Shown piece after piece: positions 46,415 to 55,686 of a DNA stretch of 64,000 nucleotides. Origin of the DNA: PS1 clade bacterium (GTDB lineage Bacteria; Pseudomonadota; Alphaproteobacteria; RS24); the NCBI GenBank assembly GCA_003331985.1, contig QOQK01000003.1, forward strand, positions 808 through 64,807, in the 5' to 3' direction. The notes beneath the pieces are model-generated. The model saw only the letters and a list, made by a program, of their open reading frames with translations, ran no database searches and had not been told where the DNA came from. A program made the position numbers and the translations under genes. Every line of letters begins with the position of its first letter. The first letter of the stretch is position 1.

Positions 46415-47206
46415 ATGACTGATTATAATTGTTCACTGGCTGAGTTGATTATCAATGCATGTGCTGAGGCATGGCGTGATGATGGAGAGTTAATGGCTAC
46501 AGGTATTGGCCCATTGCCTCGGTTGGGTGCGAGCCTAGCGAAAGTTAGTTTTAATCCGCTTCTGCAACTCACTGATGGGGAAAACTATTATGCCGACGCG
46601 CCTGTGCCACCCGGTAAACGACACGCCGAGCCTGTGTATGAGGGCTATGCTAACTATGACAGGGTGTTTTCAGCACTTTGGGGCGGGCGCAGGCATTCTA
46701 TGGTCAGTCCGGTTCAGCTTGATAGATTTGGACAGGCTAATATTTCCACTATAGGTGATCGCGCCGCGCCGAAAGTCGCCATGCTGGGTGCCAGGGGCTT
46801 TCCAGGGAATTCCATTTACCATCCCAACAGTTTCTTCATTCCTAATCATAGCACACGCAGTTTTGTGGCGGATGAAGTCGATTTTGTCTGTATGGCTGGA
46901 TACAACCCTGAGCGCTATTTGAACGGTACCCCGCCCAAAGGGTTGGATTTACGTATCATTGTCTCGGACTTGTGTGTAATGGACTTTAATGGTCCTGATA
47001 AGGCTATTCGTGTCGTGTCACTTCACCCTGGTGTGAGCTTCGAGCTCGTTCAGGAAAATACTGGCTTTGAATTAAGCAAGGCTTCCGACACACTGACGCT
47101 GACACCGGCCCCATCAGAAGCTCATATGGCCTTGCTTGGGACGCTTGACCCAAATAATGTGCGCGAGTCGGTTCTGAAAGATAATCCACCCGCCATAAGA
47201 GATTAA
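46415..47206 (+). CDS. CoA-transferase beta subunit, IpdB-like
   Basis: ACAEAWRDDGE, TDGE, GRRH, GARGFPGN and SLHPGV. Confidence 0.85.
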   Translation: MTDYNCSLAELIINACAEAWRDDGELMATGIGPLPRLGASLAKVSFNPLLQLTDGENYYADAPVPPGKRHAEPVYEGYANYDRVFSALWGGRRHSMVSPVQLDRFGQANISTIGDRAAPKVAMLGARGFPGNSIYHPNSFFIPNHSTRSFVADEVDFVCMAGYNPERYLNGTPPKGLDLRIIVSDLCVMDFNGPDKAIRVVSLHPGVSFELVQENTGFELSKASDTLTLTPAPSEAHMALLGTLDPNNVRESVLKDNPPAIRD

Positions 47207-47215
47207 GAATAGCTC

Positions 47216-47250
47216 AAAAAAAAACGGCACCATGCTGAAATGGTGCCGTT
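47216..47250 (-). terminator. Intrinsic terminator between convergent genes
   Basis: AACGGCACCAT-GCTGAA-ATGGTGCCGTT preceded by A9, which gives a U-tract on the minus strand. Confidence 0.8.
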
Positions 47251-47291
47251 ATAAACCTTGTTGGACAAGTTTTCCTCCCTAAAGCCTGAGA

Positions 47292-47612
47292 TTAATAAGT
47301 AATTTCCTTGATTGAACAATGTAGTTTTTCATTGCCATTTGAACCTTTACTAACAATAGTGAAAGGGGTATTTTTTTCGATGACTCTGGCGTTAATCTTC
47401 AGGTCGACTTTTTCGTGTTCAGTGACAGTTCTATAAAAGTCTTGAACTGAACATTTTTCAGGGGTGATTAAGACTTGCTTCCCACTTTGCATAATCAAAA
47501 CGAGAGAGTCTTGTGTATGTCCCCATTTATCAATTTTGCCGGTGGTAATTGTCCCGCTGGCAAAAACCGGGGTTGCTGTTAATAACAGCATTGACAAAAG
47601 TATATGTTTCAT
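47292..47612 (-). CDS. Small secreted hypothetical protein
   Basis: AGGAGG SD, signal peptide ending VFA, and two Cys. Confidence 0.75.
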   Translation of the reverse strand: MKHILLSMLLLTATPVFASGTITTGKIDKWGHTQDSLVLIMQSGKQVLITPEKCSVQDFYRTVTEHEKVDLKINARVIEKNTPFTIVSKGSNGNEKLHCSIKEITY

Positions 47613-47694
47613 ATTTACCTCCTATATAAAACGTATATACGAAATATATATTAATCTACCTGATGATGTCAATTTTTTTTGAGGATTTAATTTA

Positions 47695-47850
47695 ATGTCT
47701 GATAAACCAAAGGACTCAACCTTATTGGTAAAAATTAATAAGGAAGACAAAAAATTATTCATTAAACTCTGTGAAGGTAATGACACAACGGCCTCAAGAG
47801 AAATTCGTCAGTTCATCAAGAAATACATAAAAAAGCAGCAGAAGAGCTGA
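47695..47850 (+). CDS. 51-aa ribbon-helix-helix (CopG/MetJ/Arc-like) DNA-binding protein, absent from the ORF track
   Basis: GAGGA SD at 47681; translates to MSDKPKDSTLLVKINKEDKKLFIKLCEGNDTTASREIRQFIKKYIKKQQKS, a beta-strand plus two helices. Confidence 0.75.
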   Translation: MSDKPKDSTLLVKINKEDKKLFIKLCEGNDTTASREIRQFIKKYIKKQQKS

Positions 47851-47897
47851 GTTTTAGATTTAGAGTCCTTGATAAAAGTCTTTAAAAGGAAAGAGCT

Positions 47898-48257
47898 TTA
47901 GCGCGCCTTTTTTACGGCTACTTTTGATGACAAAGATGCGATTAAATTTTTATGATCGTCTGGTAGTGCATCAATTTTTTCCATTAAAACTTGTCCAGGG
48001 AATAAACGAACGCTTCCAAATCCTCTGAAAATAGCCATTGCAGGCCAGTTTATCCCGCTCATAACTTCGGGAATACCAAATAGACTACCGGCGTCATAGG
48101 TACGCAACCGTTTTTCGCCGTCGCGTGTAATGATATCCACGCGGCCTTTATCGACAAAACAGATGTTTAGTGCCGGATCTCCGGCTTGAAAGATAATTTC
48201 GCCTTCTATCATTCTTATCGGCTTATTACTCAGGCTGGTGAATTCAACAATATTCAT
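47898..48257 (-). CDS. Stand-alone cyclic-nucleotide-binding domain protein
   Basis: GEIIFQAGD, FVDKGRVDI and AGSLFGIPEV; no HTH. Confidence 0.75.
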   Translation of the reverse strand: MNIVEFTSLSNKPIRMIEGEIIFQAGDPALNICFVDKGRVDIITRDGEKRLRTYDAGSLFGIPEVMSGINWPAMAIFRGFGSVRLFPGQVLMEKIDALPDDHKNLIASLSSKVAVKKAR

Positions 48258-48612
48258 GAGTATGACTCCGGCGAATGACAATATCTGAGGCTATTTGGCG
48301 TGAAAGCGGCCAAGTTAAATTGTTCTCGGCATCAAGAAGGCTTCTAAACATAGGTTTGGAGCAAGAAATAATTCGACATTCAGTCATAGCGACAACGCTA
48401 CTTCGATAGGTCTCATATGCGAGAAATTCAAGAGGGGAGAGAAGGTCGTGTGTCTCATACAGATCACGACTGCTTCGGCATTTAGCCGAACCGGTAATAA
48501 GGAAATGAGCAATATTGCAGTCATCACCGTTAGCAATAATAGGTTTTCCGCGCTGGATAACCCTTCTTGGGATGTCTTCCAGCATCTTGAATGTTTGGGG
48601 ACCGAGTCGCAT
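48244..48612 (-). CDS. Degenerate stand-alone cyclic-nucleotide-binding domain protein
   Basis: RGKPIIANGDD, FLITGSA and YRSSVVAMTECRI; overlaps the downstream cNMP gene. Confidence 0.65.
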   Translation of the reverse strand: MRLGPQTFKMLEDIPRRVIQRGKPIIANGDDCNIAHFLITGSAKCRSSRDLYETHDLLSPLEFLAYETYRSSVVAMTECRIISCSKPMFRSLLDAENNLTWPLSRQIASDIVIRRSHTHEYC

Positions 48613-48818
48613 GATTTTTTCCAAATATAGATAAATCTTATAAACGACAAATTCCAAGAAATATTTAGAAAGACATAAGTTATACCTAAGTTCATGATTT
48701 TAATAATAATTTAAATATCAATCTTTATTTTCTTAAATTGATATATTTATTTTTTCTTATTTAATTGACAATTTGTCGCAATTAATTAAATTTTACTCGA
48801 ATTCAAAAGGAGGGATAT

Positions 48819-49574
48819 ATGTCTAAATTCTTTAACAAGTTAAGCATTATTGCTTTTCTATCTATTATTCTGTTGCCGAGCATTTCCCATGCAGAAGCAG
48901 CACTAGACCCAGGTGATCTTGTTGGTATTTCATTTTGGGTTATCTCTATTGCAATGGTTGCAGCTACCGTCTTCTTTTTATGGGAAGCGATGCGAATTGG
49001 TGGCAAGTGGTCTACATCTCTAACTGTGGCTGCTTTGGTAACCCTGATTGCTGCTGTGCATTACTTCTACATGAGAGATATTTGGGTTGCTTCAGGTGAC
49101 AGCCCAACAGTCTATCGTTATGTAGATTGGGTTCTCACTGTACCTCTTCAAATGGTAGAGTTTTACTTAATCCTTGCGGCAGTCGGTATGGTTGCTGGTC
49201 GAGTGTTCTGGCATCTACTTATTGGTACCCTTATAATGCTTCTAGGTGGTTACTTTGGTGAAATAGGTGTACTTGCCCCTGTTGTCGGTTTTGTAATCGG
49301 CATGGCAGGTTGGTTATACATTCTTTATTACATCTTCTCTGGTGAAGCAGCTAAATCGGCTGAAAGTGCGCCGGCAGCTGTGCAGTCAGCCTTCAAAGCT
49401 ATGCGACTAATTGTTCTTGTAGGTTGGGCAATCTATCCCCTAGGTTATGTCTTTGGGTATATGATTCCAACTGTTGATGCAGCTGCCTTGAACGGTATAT
49501 ACAACGTTGCAGATTTTGTTAACAAGATTGCTTTTGGTTTGATGATTTGGTCTGCGGCTAATTCGTCAACTTAG
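48819..49574 (+). CDS. Proteorhodopsin, DTE proton pump, blue-tuned (Q105)
   Basis: RYVDWVLTVPLQMVEF gives D97/T101/Q105/E108; His75 in AVHYFYM; YNVADFVNK carries the retinal lysine; GGAGG SD. Confidence 0.97.
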   Translation: MSKFFNKLSIIAFLSIILLPSISHAEAALDPGDLVGISFWVISIAMVAATVFFLWEAMRIGGKWSTSLTVAALVTLIAAVHYFYMRDIWVASGDSPTVYRYVDWVLTVPLQMVEFYLILAAVGMVAGRVFWHLLIGTLIMLLGGYFGEIGVLAPVVGFVIGMAGWLYILYYIFSGEAAKSAESAPAAVQSAFKAMRLIVLVGWAIYPLGYVFGYMIPTVDAAALNGIYNVADFVNKIAFGLMIWSAANSST

Positions 49575-49598
49575 AGTTTATAAAAGCTAAATAGACTT

Positions 49599-49625
49599 AG
49601 GGGCGCCTTCGGGCGCCCCTTTTTT
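49599..49625 (+). terminator. Intrinsic terminator of proteorhodopsin
   Basis: AGGGGCGCC-TTCG-GGCGCCCCT-TTTTT. Confidence 0.92.
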
Positions 49626-49724
49626 ATTAAAAAAAATTCACTTAATTATTTTTTGAATTAATCTATTGTTGCCCTGTTGTTTATGAGATTAAACAGTTCT
49701 ATCCGCTTTAGATAAACTTGAGGG

Positions 49725-50831
49725 CTAAGGGGTTAAATCTTTCACAGCAGCGGTGACAGTTTGCGCCAGTTCAACAAAAACCCCTGCTGCAAGGCTGTCA
49801 GGTGCATATGTGATGACCGGCTGACCGGCATCGGCGGCCTCCTGTAAAGCCGGATCAAGAACCAGACCACCCAAAAAAGAATTGAGTGTCTCTGCGGCTA
49901 TGCTTTCACCGCCACCTGTCCCAAATGGATGGAGGCGTTCGCCATTCGGTCCCGACATCCAGGCCATGTTTTCCAGAATGCCAAGGACAGGTGTTTTGGT
50001 TTTATCAAACATGTTTATGGAACGCCGGACATCTGCCACAGCCAAATTATGAGGTGTTGTCACAACCAGCGCTCCAGTTACAGGAATTTTCTGGGCTATT
50101 GTGAGTTGTATATCTCCCGTTCCGGGCGGCAAATCCAGCACTAGAATATCCAATTCCGGCCAGGCGACATCATTTAACATTTGCAGTAAAGCGCCTTGAA
50201 CCATAGGGCCGCGCCAAACCATGGCTTGGGCTTCCTGTACCATGTAGCCAATGGACATAGTTTGCATACCGAAGCGCTCAATAGGGTGTATTTTTTTGGC
50301 TTCATCAAGCTCGGGTTTTTCAGTCACATTGAGTAATTTTGGCAGGGAAGGGCCGAAAATATCGGCATCAAGAAGGCCTATTTTGACTGATTGTCCATCT
50401 TCCCCCTGCATTTGAGCAAGCGCCGCGGCCAGATTTACGGCGACAGTGGATTTGCCAACACCGCCTTTTCCGCTAGCGACGGCTATGACGGATTTAATCC
50501 GGTTGAAAACTTCAGGAATTGTTTCATCCGGCGGTGGTTTCCCCTTAGATGAACCACCAGATGATGAAAGTGAAGGGGCAGATTGATGCGCGGTTAAAAC
50601 CACAGTTGCAGATAATACCCCCGGAAGGGCGCGAATCCGCTCCTCACAAGCTAAACGAACATCTTCAAAGGCTTCGGCAATGTCTGGATGGACAGCAAGC
50701 AGAAAACCTACATTTCCATCGCGAATCGTGATGCCCTGCACGATGTCTCCGGATATTATATCCTGACCTGTTTGTGGGTGCTTAAGACCTGAAAGAGCCT
50801 CAATTATTGTTTTTTCATCTATGGTGGACAT
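49725..50831 (-). CDS. apbC: Mrp/ApbC/NBP35 Fe-S carrier ATPase
   Basis: SGKGGVGKST, DADIFGPS, WRGPM, DLPPGTGD and ENM. Confidence 0.93.
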   Translation of the reverse strand: MSTIDEKTIIEALSGLKHPQTGQDIISGDIVQGITIRDGNVGFLLAVHPDIAEAFEDVRLACEERIRALPGVLSATVVLTAHQSAPSLSSSGGSSKGKPPPDETIPEVFNRIKSVIAVASGKGGVGKSTVAVNLAAALAQMQGEDGQSVKIGLLDADIFGPSLPKLLNVTEKPELDEAKKIHPIERFGMQTMSIGYMVQEAQAMVWRGPMVQGALLQMLNDVAWPELDILVLDLPPGTGDIQLTIAQKIPVTGALVVTTPHNLAVADVRRSINMFDKTKTPVLGILENMAWMSGPNGERLHPFGTGGGESIAAETLNSFLGGLVLDPALQEAADAGQPVITYAPDSLAAGVFVELAQTVTAAVKDLTP

Positions 50832-51022
50832 AATTCATCCTAATAATTAGTTATTGGGCAAAACATTTCGGAACATTAACTTGAATAATTTACTTTAAGT
50901 GCCACATTGTGTTCTGTATCGATATAGAGTGGAGCGGTCTAGCCAGCAATATCTTTTGCAACTTAGCGCGACCTCCCCTAAATCAGACCATAATGTAAGG
51001 TCTTAATTTGAAGGAGTTAAAT

Positions 51023-52114
51023 ATGCCTTGGGACAATCAAAGCGGTGGACCGAATGGCGGCAATAAAAACCCTTGGGGCAATAGCCCCCGACCACAAGGG
51101 CCGGATATTGACGCTTGGTTAAACCAGCTTCAGGAAAATATTAAAAAATACATTCCCGGTGGTGGCGGTAGCGGCCTTATTTTGCTGCTTGTTGGCATTT
51201 TGGTATTGTGGGGTCTGAGTGGGTTTTACAGAGTTCAGGCTGACGAACAAGGCGTTGTTCTCCGATTTGGAAAGTTTCAAGCGCAAACCAGTCCGGGTCT
51301 GAATTATCACATTCCGTGGCCGATTGAGTCAGTGATTACGCCAAAGGTAACCATTGTTAATCGTGTGGATATTGGTATGCGTGGCCCATCTGACAGTTTC
51401 GTCGGTGGGCGTGTCGCCTCCCGTGATGTGCCGGAAGAAAGCTTGATGCTGACCGGTGACGAAAACATCGTCGACGTTGATTTCTCAGTCTTTTGGTTGA
51501 TTAATTCTGCCTCTGACTTCCTGTTTAATATCCAAAATCCCGAAGGTACAGTTAAATCTGTTGCTGAAAGTACGATGCGCGAGATTGTTGGACAGAACAA
51601 TATTCAGCCTATCCTGACCGAACAACGTCAAAACACAGAGGACATGGTGAGGGATTTAATGCAATCCATTCTGGACGATTATGGTGCAGGTATCACCATT
51701 ACTCAGGTGAAGATGCAAAAAGTTGACCCGCCTGCAGCTGTTATTGACGCTTTCCGAGATGTGCAAGCCGCTCGTGCCGACCAAGAGCGCGCGAGAAACG
51801 AGGCGCAATCCTATGCTAATCGTGTTGTACCGGAAGCTCAGGGTGAAGCCTTCCGCATCCGACGTGAAGCTGAAGCTTACAGAGAGCAAGCTGTGGCCGA
51901 AGCCGAAGGTCAGGCCAGCAGATTTGCCGCGGTATATAATGAATATAAACAGGCAAGTGATGTGACTCGTCAGCGAATTTTTCTTGAGACTGTCGAGAAA
52001 GTTATGCAGAGGTCAAATAAAATTATTATTGACCAGTCTGACACCGGTGGAGGGGTTATCCCTTATCTGCCGCTTGATCGCCTAAACAGTAAAACCAATA
52101 AGGGAGATCAGTAA
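51023..52114 (+). CDS. hflK: FtsH modulator HflK
   Basis: MPWDNQ...NPWG, MLTGDENIV and AFRDVQAARAD. Confidence 0.96.
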   Translation: MPWDNQSGGPNGGNKNPWGNSPRPQGPDIDAWLNQLQENIKKYIPGGGGSGLILLLVGILVLWGLSGFYRVQADEQGVVLRFGKFQAQTSPGLNYHIPWPIESVITPKVTIVNRVDIGMRGPSDSFVGGRVASRDVPEESLMLTGDENIVDVDFSVFWLINSASDFLFNIQNPEGTVKSVAESTMREIVGQNNIQPILTEQRQNTEDMVRDLMQSILDDYGAGITITQVKMQKVDPPAAVIDAFRDVQAARADQERARNEAQSYANRVVPEAQGEAFRIRREAEAYREQAVAEAEGQASRFAAVYNEYKQASDVTRQRIFLETVEKVMQRSNKIIIDQSDTGGGVIPYLPLDRLNSKTNKGDQ

Positions 52115-53142
52115 TGTCTAATCCAAAACTTGTTATTTCTCTTATTCTAATCGCCGTGTTGGGATTTCTGACATCGGCAACATTGTTCACTGTTCACCAG
52201 ACGCAACAAGCGCTTGTTCTGCAATTTGGTGACCCAAGACGGGTAATTGATGAGCCCGGATTACACTTTAAACTGCCGTTTGTTCAAAATATTATTTATA
52301 TCGATAAGCGTATTTTGGATCTCGACAGCCCGACTGAAGAACTTATTGCTGCCGACCAAAAACGCCTCGTTGTGGATGCGTATACGCGCTACAGAATTAA
52401 AGATCCACTTCAGTTCTTCACATCCTTACGCGACAGCCGTCGTGCTAATTCACGATTGGCGGCGATTGTGTCCTCCTCCATGCGTTCAGTGGTTGGTGAA
52501 GCGCCGTTTGAGGATATTGTCCGCACAAGGCGGGATGAATTGATGACGAAGATTCGCGAATTGGTTAATGAACAGACATATGATTTCGGTATCGAGATTG
52601 TTGATGTTCGCATTCGTCGTGCTGACTTGCCGGAAGCTAATAGTCAGGCGATTTACAGACGTATGCAGACGGAGAGGGAGCAGGAAGCTTCTGAATTCCG
52701 AGCTAAAGGTCAGGAAGTATCACGGGGTATCCGTGCTCAGGCCGATAAGGATGTCACTGTTCTAACGGCGAAAGCGCAGCGTGACTCTGAGATAATACGT
52801 GGTCAAGGCGATAGCTGCCGGAATAGAATTTTTGCTGCAGCTTATGGTCAAGACCCGGACTTTTTCGCTTTCTACCGATCTATGCAATCATATGAAACTG
52901 CGCTTGGCGATGAAGGCACAACACTTGTTCTCTCGCCTGACAGTGCGTTCTTCAAATATTTAAATGCACCGGAAACTGTCTTTAACAAGCGGGTGGCTGC
53001 CAGTAATGTGAAAAAGAGCCGTGTAGATGTCGCTGCTATAGTGAGGTCTAATGAGTCGCTACAAAAAGCATTGTGCTTTGATCTTGTGACTAATATTGGA
53101 CTGGACGACGCTGAGGGTGAAGCCGCCAAAGATGCAAAATGA
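52114..53142 (+). CDS. hflC: FtsH modulator HflC with C-terminal extension
   Basis: QQALVLQFG, PGLHFKLPF, RMQTERE, FFAFYRSM and LSPDSAFFKY. Confidence 0.96.
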   Translation: MSNPKLVISLILIAVLGFLTSATLFTVHQTQQALVLQFGDPRRVIDEPGLHFKLPFVQNIIYIDKRILDLDSPTEELIAADQKRLVVDAYTRYRIKDPLQFFTSLRDSRRANSRLAAIVSSSMRSVVGEAPFEDIVRTRRDELMTKIRELVNEQTYDFGIEIVDVRIRRADLPEANSQAIYRRMQTEREQEASEFRAKGQEVSRGIRAQADKDVTVLTAKAQRDSEIIRGQGDSCRNRIFAAAYGQDPDFFAFYRSMQSYETALGDEGTTLVLSPDSAFFKYLNAPETVFNKRVAASNVKKSRVDVAAIVRSNESLQKALCFDLVTNIGLDDAEGEAAKDAK

Positions 53143-53327
53143 AAATAATTATATTTATTCTGGGTATCATACTGGCTTTTGAAGGAGCCATATATGCCCT
53201 GTTTCCCTCGGCTTTTAAAAAACTCCTTTTGCAATTAAAAGACATAGAAACAGAAAAACTCAGATATTTTGGACTTGGGGCGATGACATTGGGCGTTGTT
53301 TTAGTTTGGCTCTCTGGAATGAGGTAA
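53139..53327 (+). CDS. DUF2065 family small membrane protein
   Basis: FEGAIYALFP...LRYFG; conserved position after hflC. Confidence 0.85.
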   Translation: MKIIIFILGIILAFEGAIYALFPSAFKKLLLQLKDIETEKLRYFGLGAMTLGVVLVWLSGMR

Positions 53328-53330
53328 GTT

Positions 53331-54788
53331 ATGAGACGGAATATATCTTCTCGCTTAAAAAAAATGGTCCGGTTGACCGGTTTTGGTTTATTTGCGCTTA
53401 TTGCCTTTGCGCAAATTGCTTTTATACAAGTTGCTGGCGCGCAAAATATGCCGCAAAGTTTTGCCGATATTGTCGAGGATTTGATGCCGGCAGTGGTGAA
53501 TATCTCCATCAGCACTACAGTTCAAAACTCTCCTGGAATTCACATGTCTCCTTTCGAGGATTTCTTCGAAGAATTTATGGAACGAGAGGAAAAAGAGACC
53601 CCAAAGAAGCGTCGTGTTTCTTCTCTCGGATCCGGCTTTGTAATTGATCCGTCCGGTATAGTTATTACCAATAATCATGTAGTCGAAAATGCCGAGGAGA
53701 TTATTGTTAATTTTTCCAACGGCGAAAAATTTAAAGCTGAGCTTCTCGGGCGTGACCCGAAGACTGATCTAGCCGTCTTAAAGGTTATTACTGATAAAAA
53801 GTTACCCTTTGTAAAATTCGGTGATAACACCAAAGCCCGCGTGGGCGATTGGGTCATCGCTATTGGCAACCCTTTTGGACTTGGTGGGTCGCTTTCAGTG
53901 GGTGTTATATCAGCGATTAACAGAGACATTAATTCCGGCCCTTATGACAGCTATATTCAGACCGATGCAGCGATTAATAAAGGCAATTCAGGTGGCCCGC
54001 TTTTCAACCTAGATGGCGAAGTTATCGGCGTGAACACAGCTATTATCTCACCTACTGGTGGATCTGTCGGTATTGGTTTTTCTATCCCCGCAGATATGGC
54101 TCAAATCGTTATTACGCAATTGCGTGAATATGGTGAAACACGGCGAGGCTGGCTTGGTGTTCGCATTCAGCGCATTACGGAAGACCTCGCGGAGAGCCTT
54201 GGCCTGTCAAAACCAAAAGGTGCGCTTGTCTCTGAAATTATTCCCGGTGGTCCAGCCGATGAGGCGGGTATGAAGCAGGGTGATGTTATCCTGACATTTG
54301 ACGGTAAAGAAGTTGCTGAGATGCGTGATTTACCAAGAATTGTTGCAGAAACCCCGATTGATAAAGCTGTGCGCGTTAAAGTTCAAAGACGCGGAAAGGC
54401 TGTAAACCTGAAGGTTAAGGTTGGACGTCTTGAAGAAAGTGACCAGATTACTGAGGCGAAACCAACCAGTCCTAAAACCCAAACCAAACAACCGGGATTA
54501 AAACTTCTTGGGCTCACATTGGAAATGCTGGATGCCAAAACACGCGCGCGTGCTGGTCTGGATGATGACAAGGACGGTGTACTGATTGGTGAAGTTGATG
54601 CAGATAGCTCTGCATCAGAAAGCGGTGTGAAGTCCGGTGATATTATTGTTGAGGTTGATCAAACTTCAGTGGCAAAACCCCAAGATGTTGAGGATTTGGT
54701 TAATAAAGCAAAAAAGGCCGGTAAAAAATCTATTTTGGTCCTGATGCAAACCCCGCAGGGTTTGAGGTTTGTCGCCATTAAGATTTAA
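53331..54788 (+). CDS. DegP/HtrA (Do) serine protease with two PDZ domains
   Basis: TNNHVV, DLAVLK and QTDAAINKGNSGGPL. Confidence 0.95.
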   Translation: MRRNISSRLKKMVRLTGFGLFALIAFAQIAFIQVAGAQNMPQSFADIVEDLMPAVVNISISTTVQNSPGIHMSPFEDFFEEFMEREEKETPKKRRVSSLGSGFVIDPSGIVITNNHVVENAEEIIVNFSNGEKFKAELLGRDPKTDLAVLKVITDKKLPFVKFGDNTKARVGDWVIAIGNPFGLGGSLSVGVISAINRDINSGPYDSYIQTDAAINKGNSGGPLFNLDGEVIGVNTAIISPTGGSVGIGFSIPADMAQIVITQLREYGETRRGWLGVRIQRITEDLAESLGLSKPKGALVSEIIPGGPADEAGMKQGDVILTFDGKEVAEMRDLPRIVAETPIDKAVRVKVQRRGKAVNLKVKVGRLEESDQITEAKPTSPKTQTKQPGLKLLGLTLEMLDAKTRARAGLDDDKDGVLIGEVDADSSASESGVKSGDIIVEVDQTSVAKPQDVEDLVNKAKKAGKKSILVLMQTPQGLRFVAIKI

Positions 54789-55686
54789 ATAGGATGTGAT
54801 TAGCCTGATAGCCCTGCAGATAGAGCAGGGCTGTCAGATCACCATAATCAATGCGGAAAGTCGCGGCATCTGACACAAGCGGCTTCGCCCGAAAAGCGAC
54901 CCCCATACCTGAAAGTTTGAGCATATCAAGGTCGTTTGACCCATCTCCGACAGCTAGGGTTTCAGAAACTGGCAAATCTTTTTCATTGCACCAGTTTTTT
55001 AAACGTGCGGCTTTTGCCTCTCTGCCGAGAATAGGGTCAATGACCTTTCCCGTCAGGTGCTCGTCTTCTATCTCAAGTTGATTACAATGGCAGGCATCAA
55101 AGTTTAACCGGTCGGCTATTTTGTCGGCAAAAAAGGAAAACCCGCCTGAAACAAGTCCGCAGAACACATTGTGCTGTTTGAGGGTTGCCAGAAGTGTTGC
55201 CGCGCCAGGCATAAGCGTCACATCATCATGGACGTCCTGCAAACTCGTTGCCGGAAGACCCGCGAGTAACGCGACGCGTTCTCTTAAAGCTGGTTCGAAC
55301 TCTATCTCGCCCCGCATCGCACGGCTTGTAATATCGGAGATTTTGTTGCGAAGATTTAACCTGTCAGCTAATTCGTCGAGGCATTCTTGCTCTATAATAG
55401 TGCTTTCCATATCAGCAATCAGGAGCTTTTTTCTGCGCCCCTCAGACGGCACCAAATTAAAATCGACAGATAGGTCAGAAAAATTTTCACGCAGAGCTGT
55501 AAGCTTATTTGTGGTGTCAGATGCTAAGATGTCGATAGCTATTTCGTGTGCAATTCCTTCATTAAGACAGGTCACACTGTCCTTTTGCACACCCAAATGA
55601 AGCGAGATGCTTTCCACCAATTCATTTGTTAAAATAGGGAATGCTGGGTTACATGTTAAAACCAGATAATAGGGTGTCTCATTCAT
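54778..55686 (-). CDS. serB: Phosphoserine phosphatase SerB
   Basis: ADMESTII, LVSGGF, GDGSNDL and AFRAKP. Confidence 0.93.
   Translation of the reverse strand: MNETPYYLVLTCNPAFPILTNELVESISLHLGVQKDSVTCLNEGIAHEIAIDILASDTTNKLTALRENFSDLSVDFNLVPSEGRRKKLLIADMESTIIEQECLDELADRLNLRNKISDITSRAMRGEIEFEPALRERVALLAGLPATSLQDVHDDVTLMPGAATLLATLKQHNVFCGLVSGGFSFFADKIADRLNFDACHCNQLEIEDEHLTGKVIDPILGREAKAARLKNWCNEKDLPVSETLAVGDGSNDLDMLKLSGMGVAFRAKPLVSDAATFRIDYGDLTALLYLQGYQANHILFKS

Noticed and set aside
49255-49320. Carotenoid-antenna fenestration in proteorhodopsin
   Set aside because: The equivalent position in VVGFVIGMAGW is Phe, not Gly.
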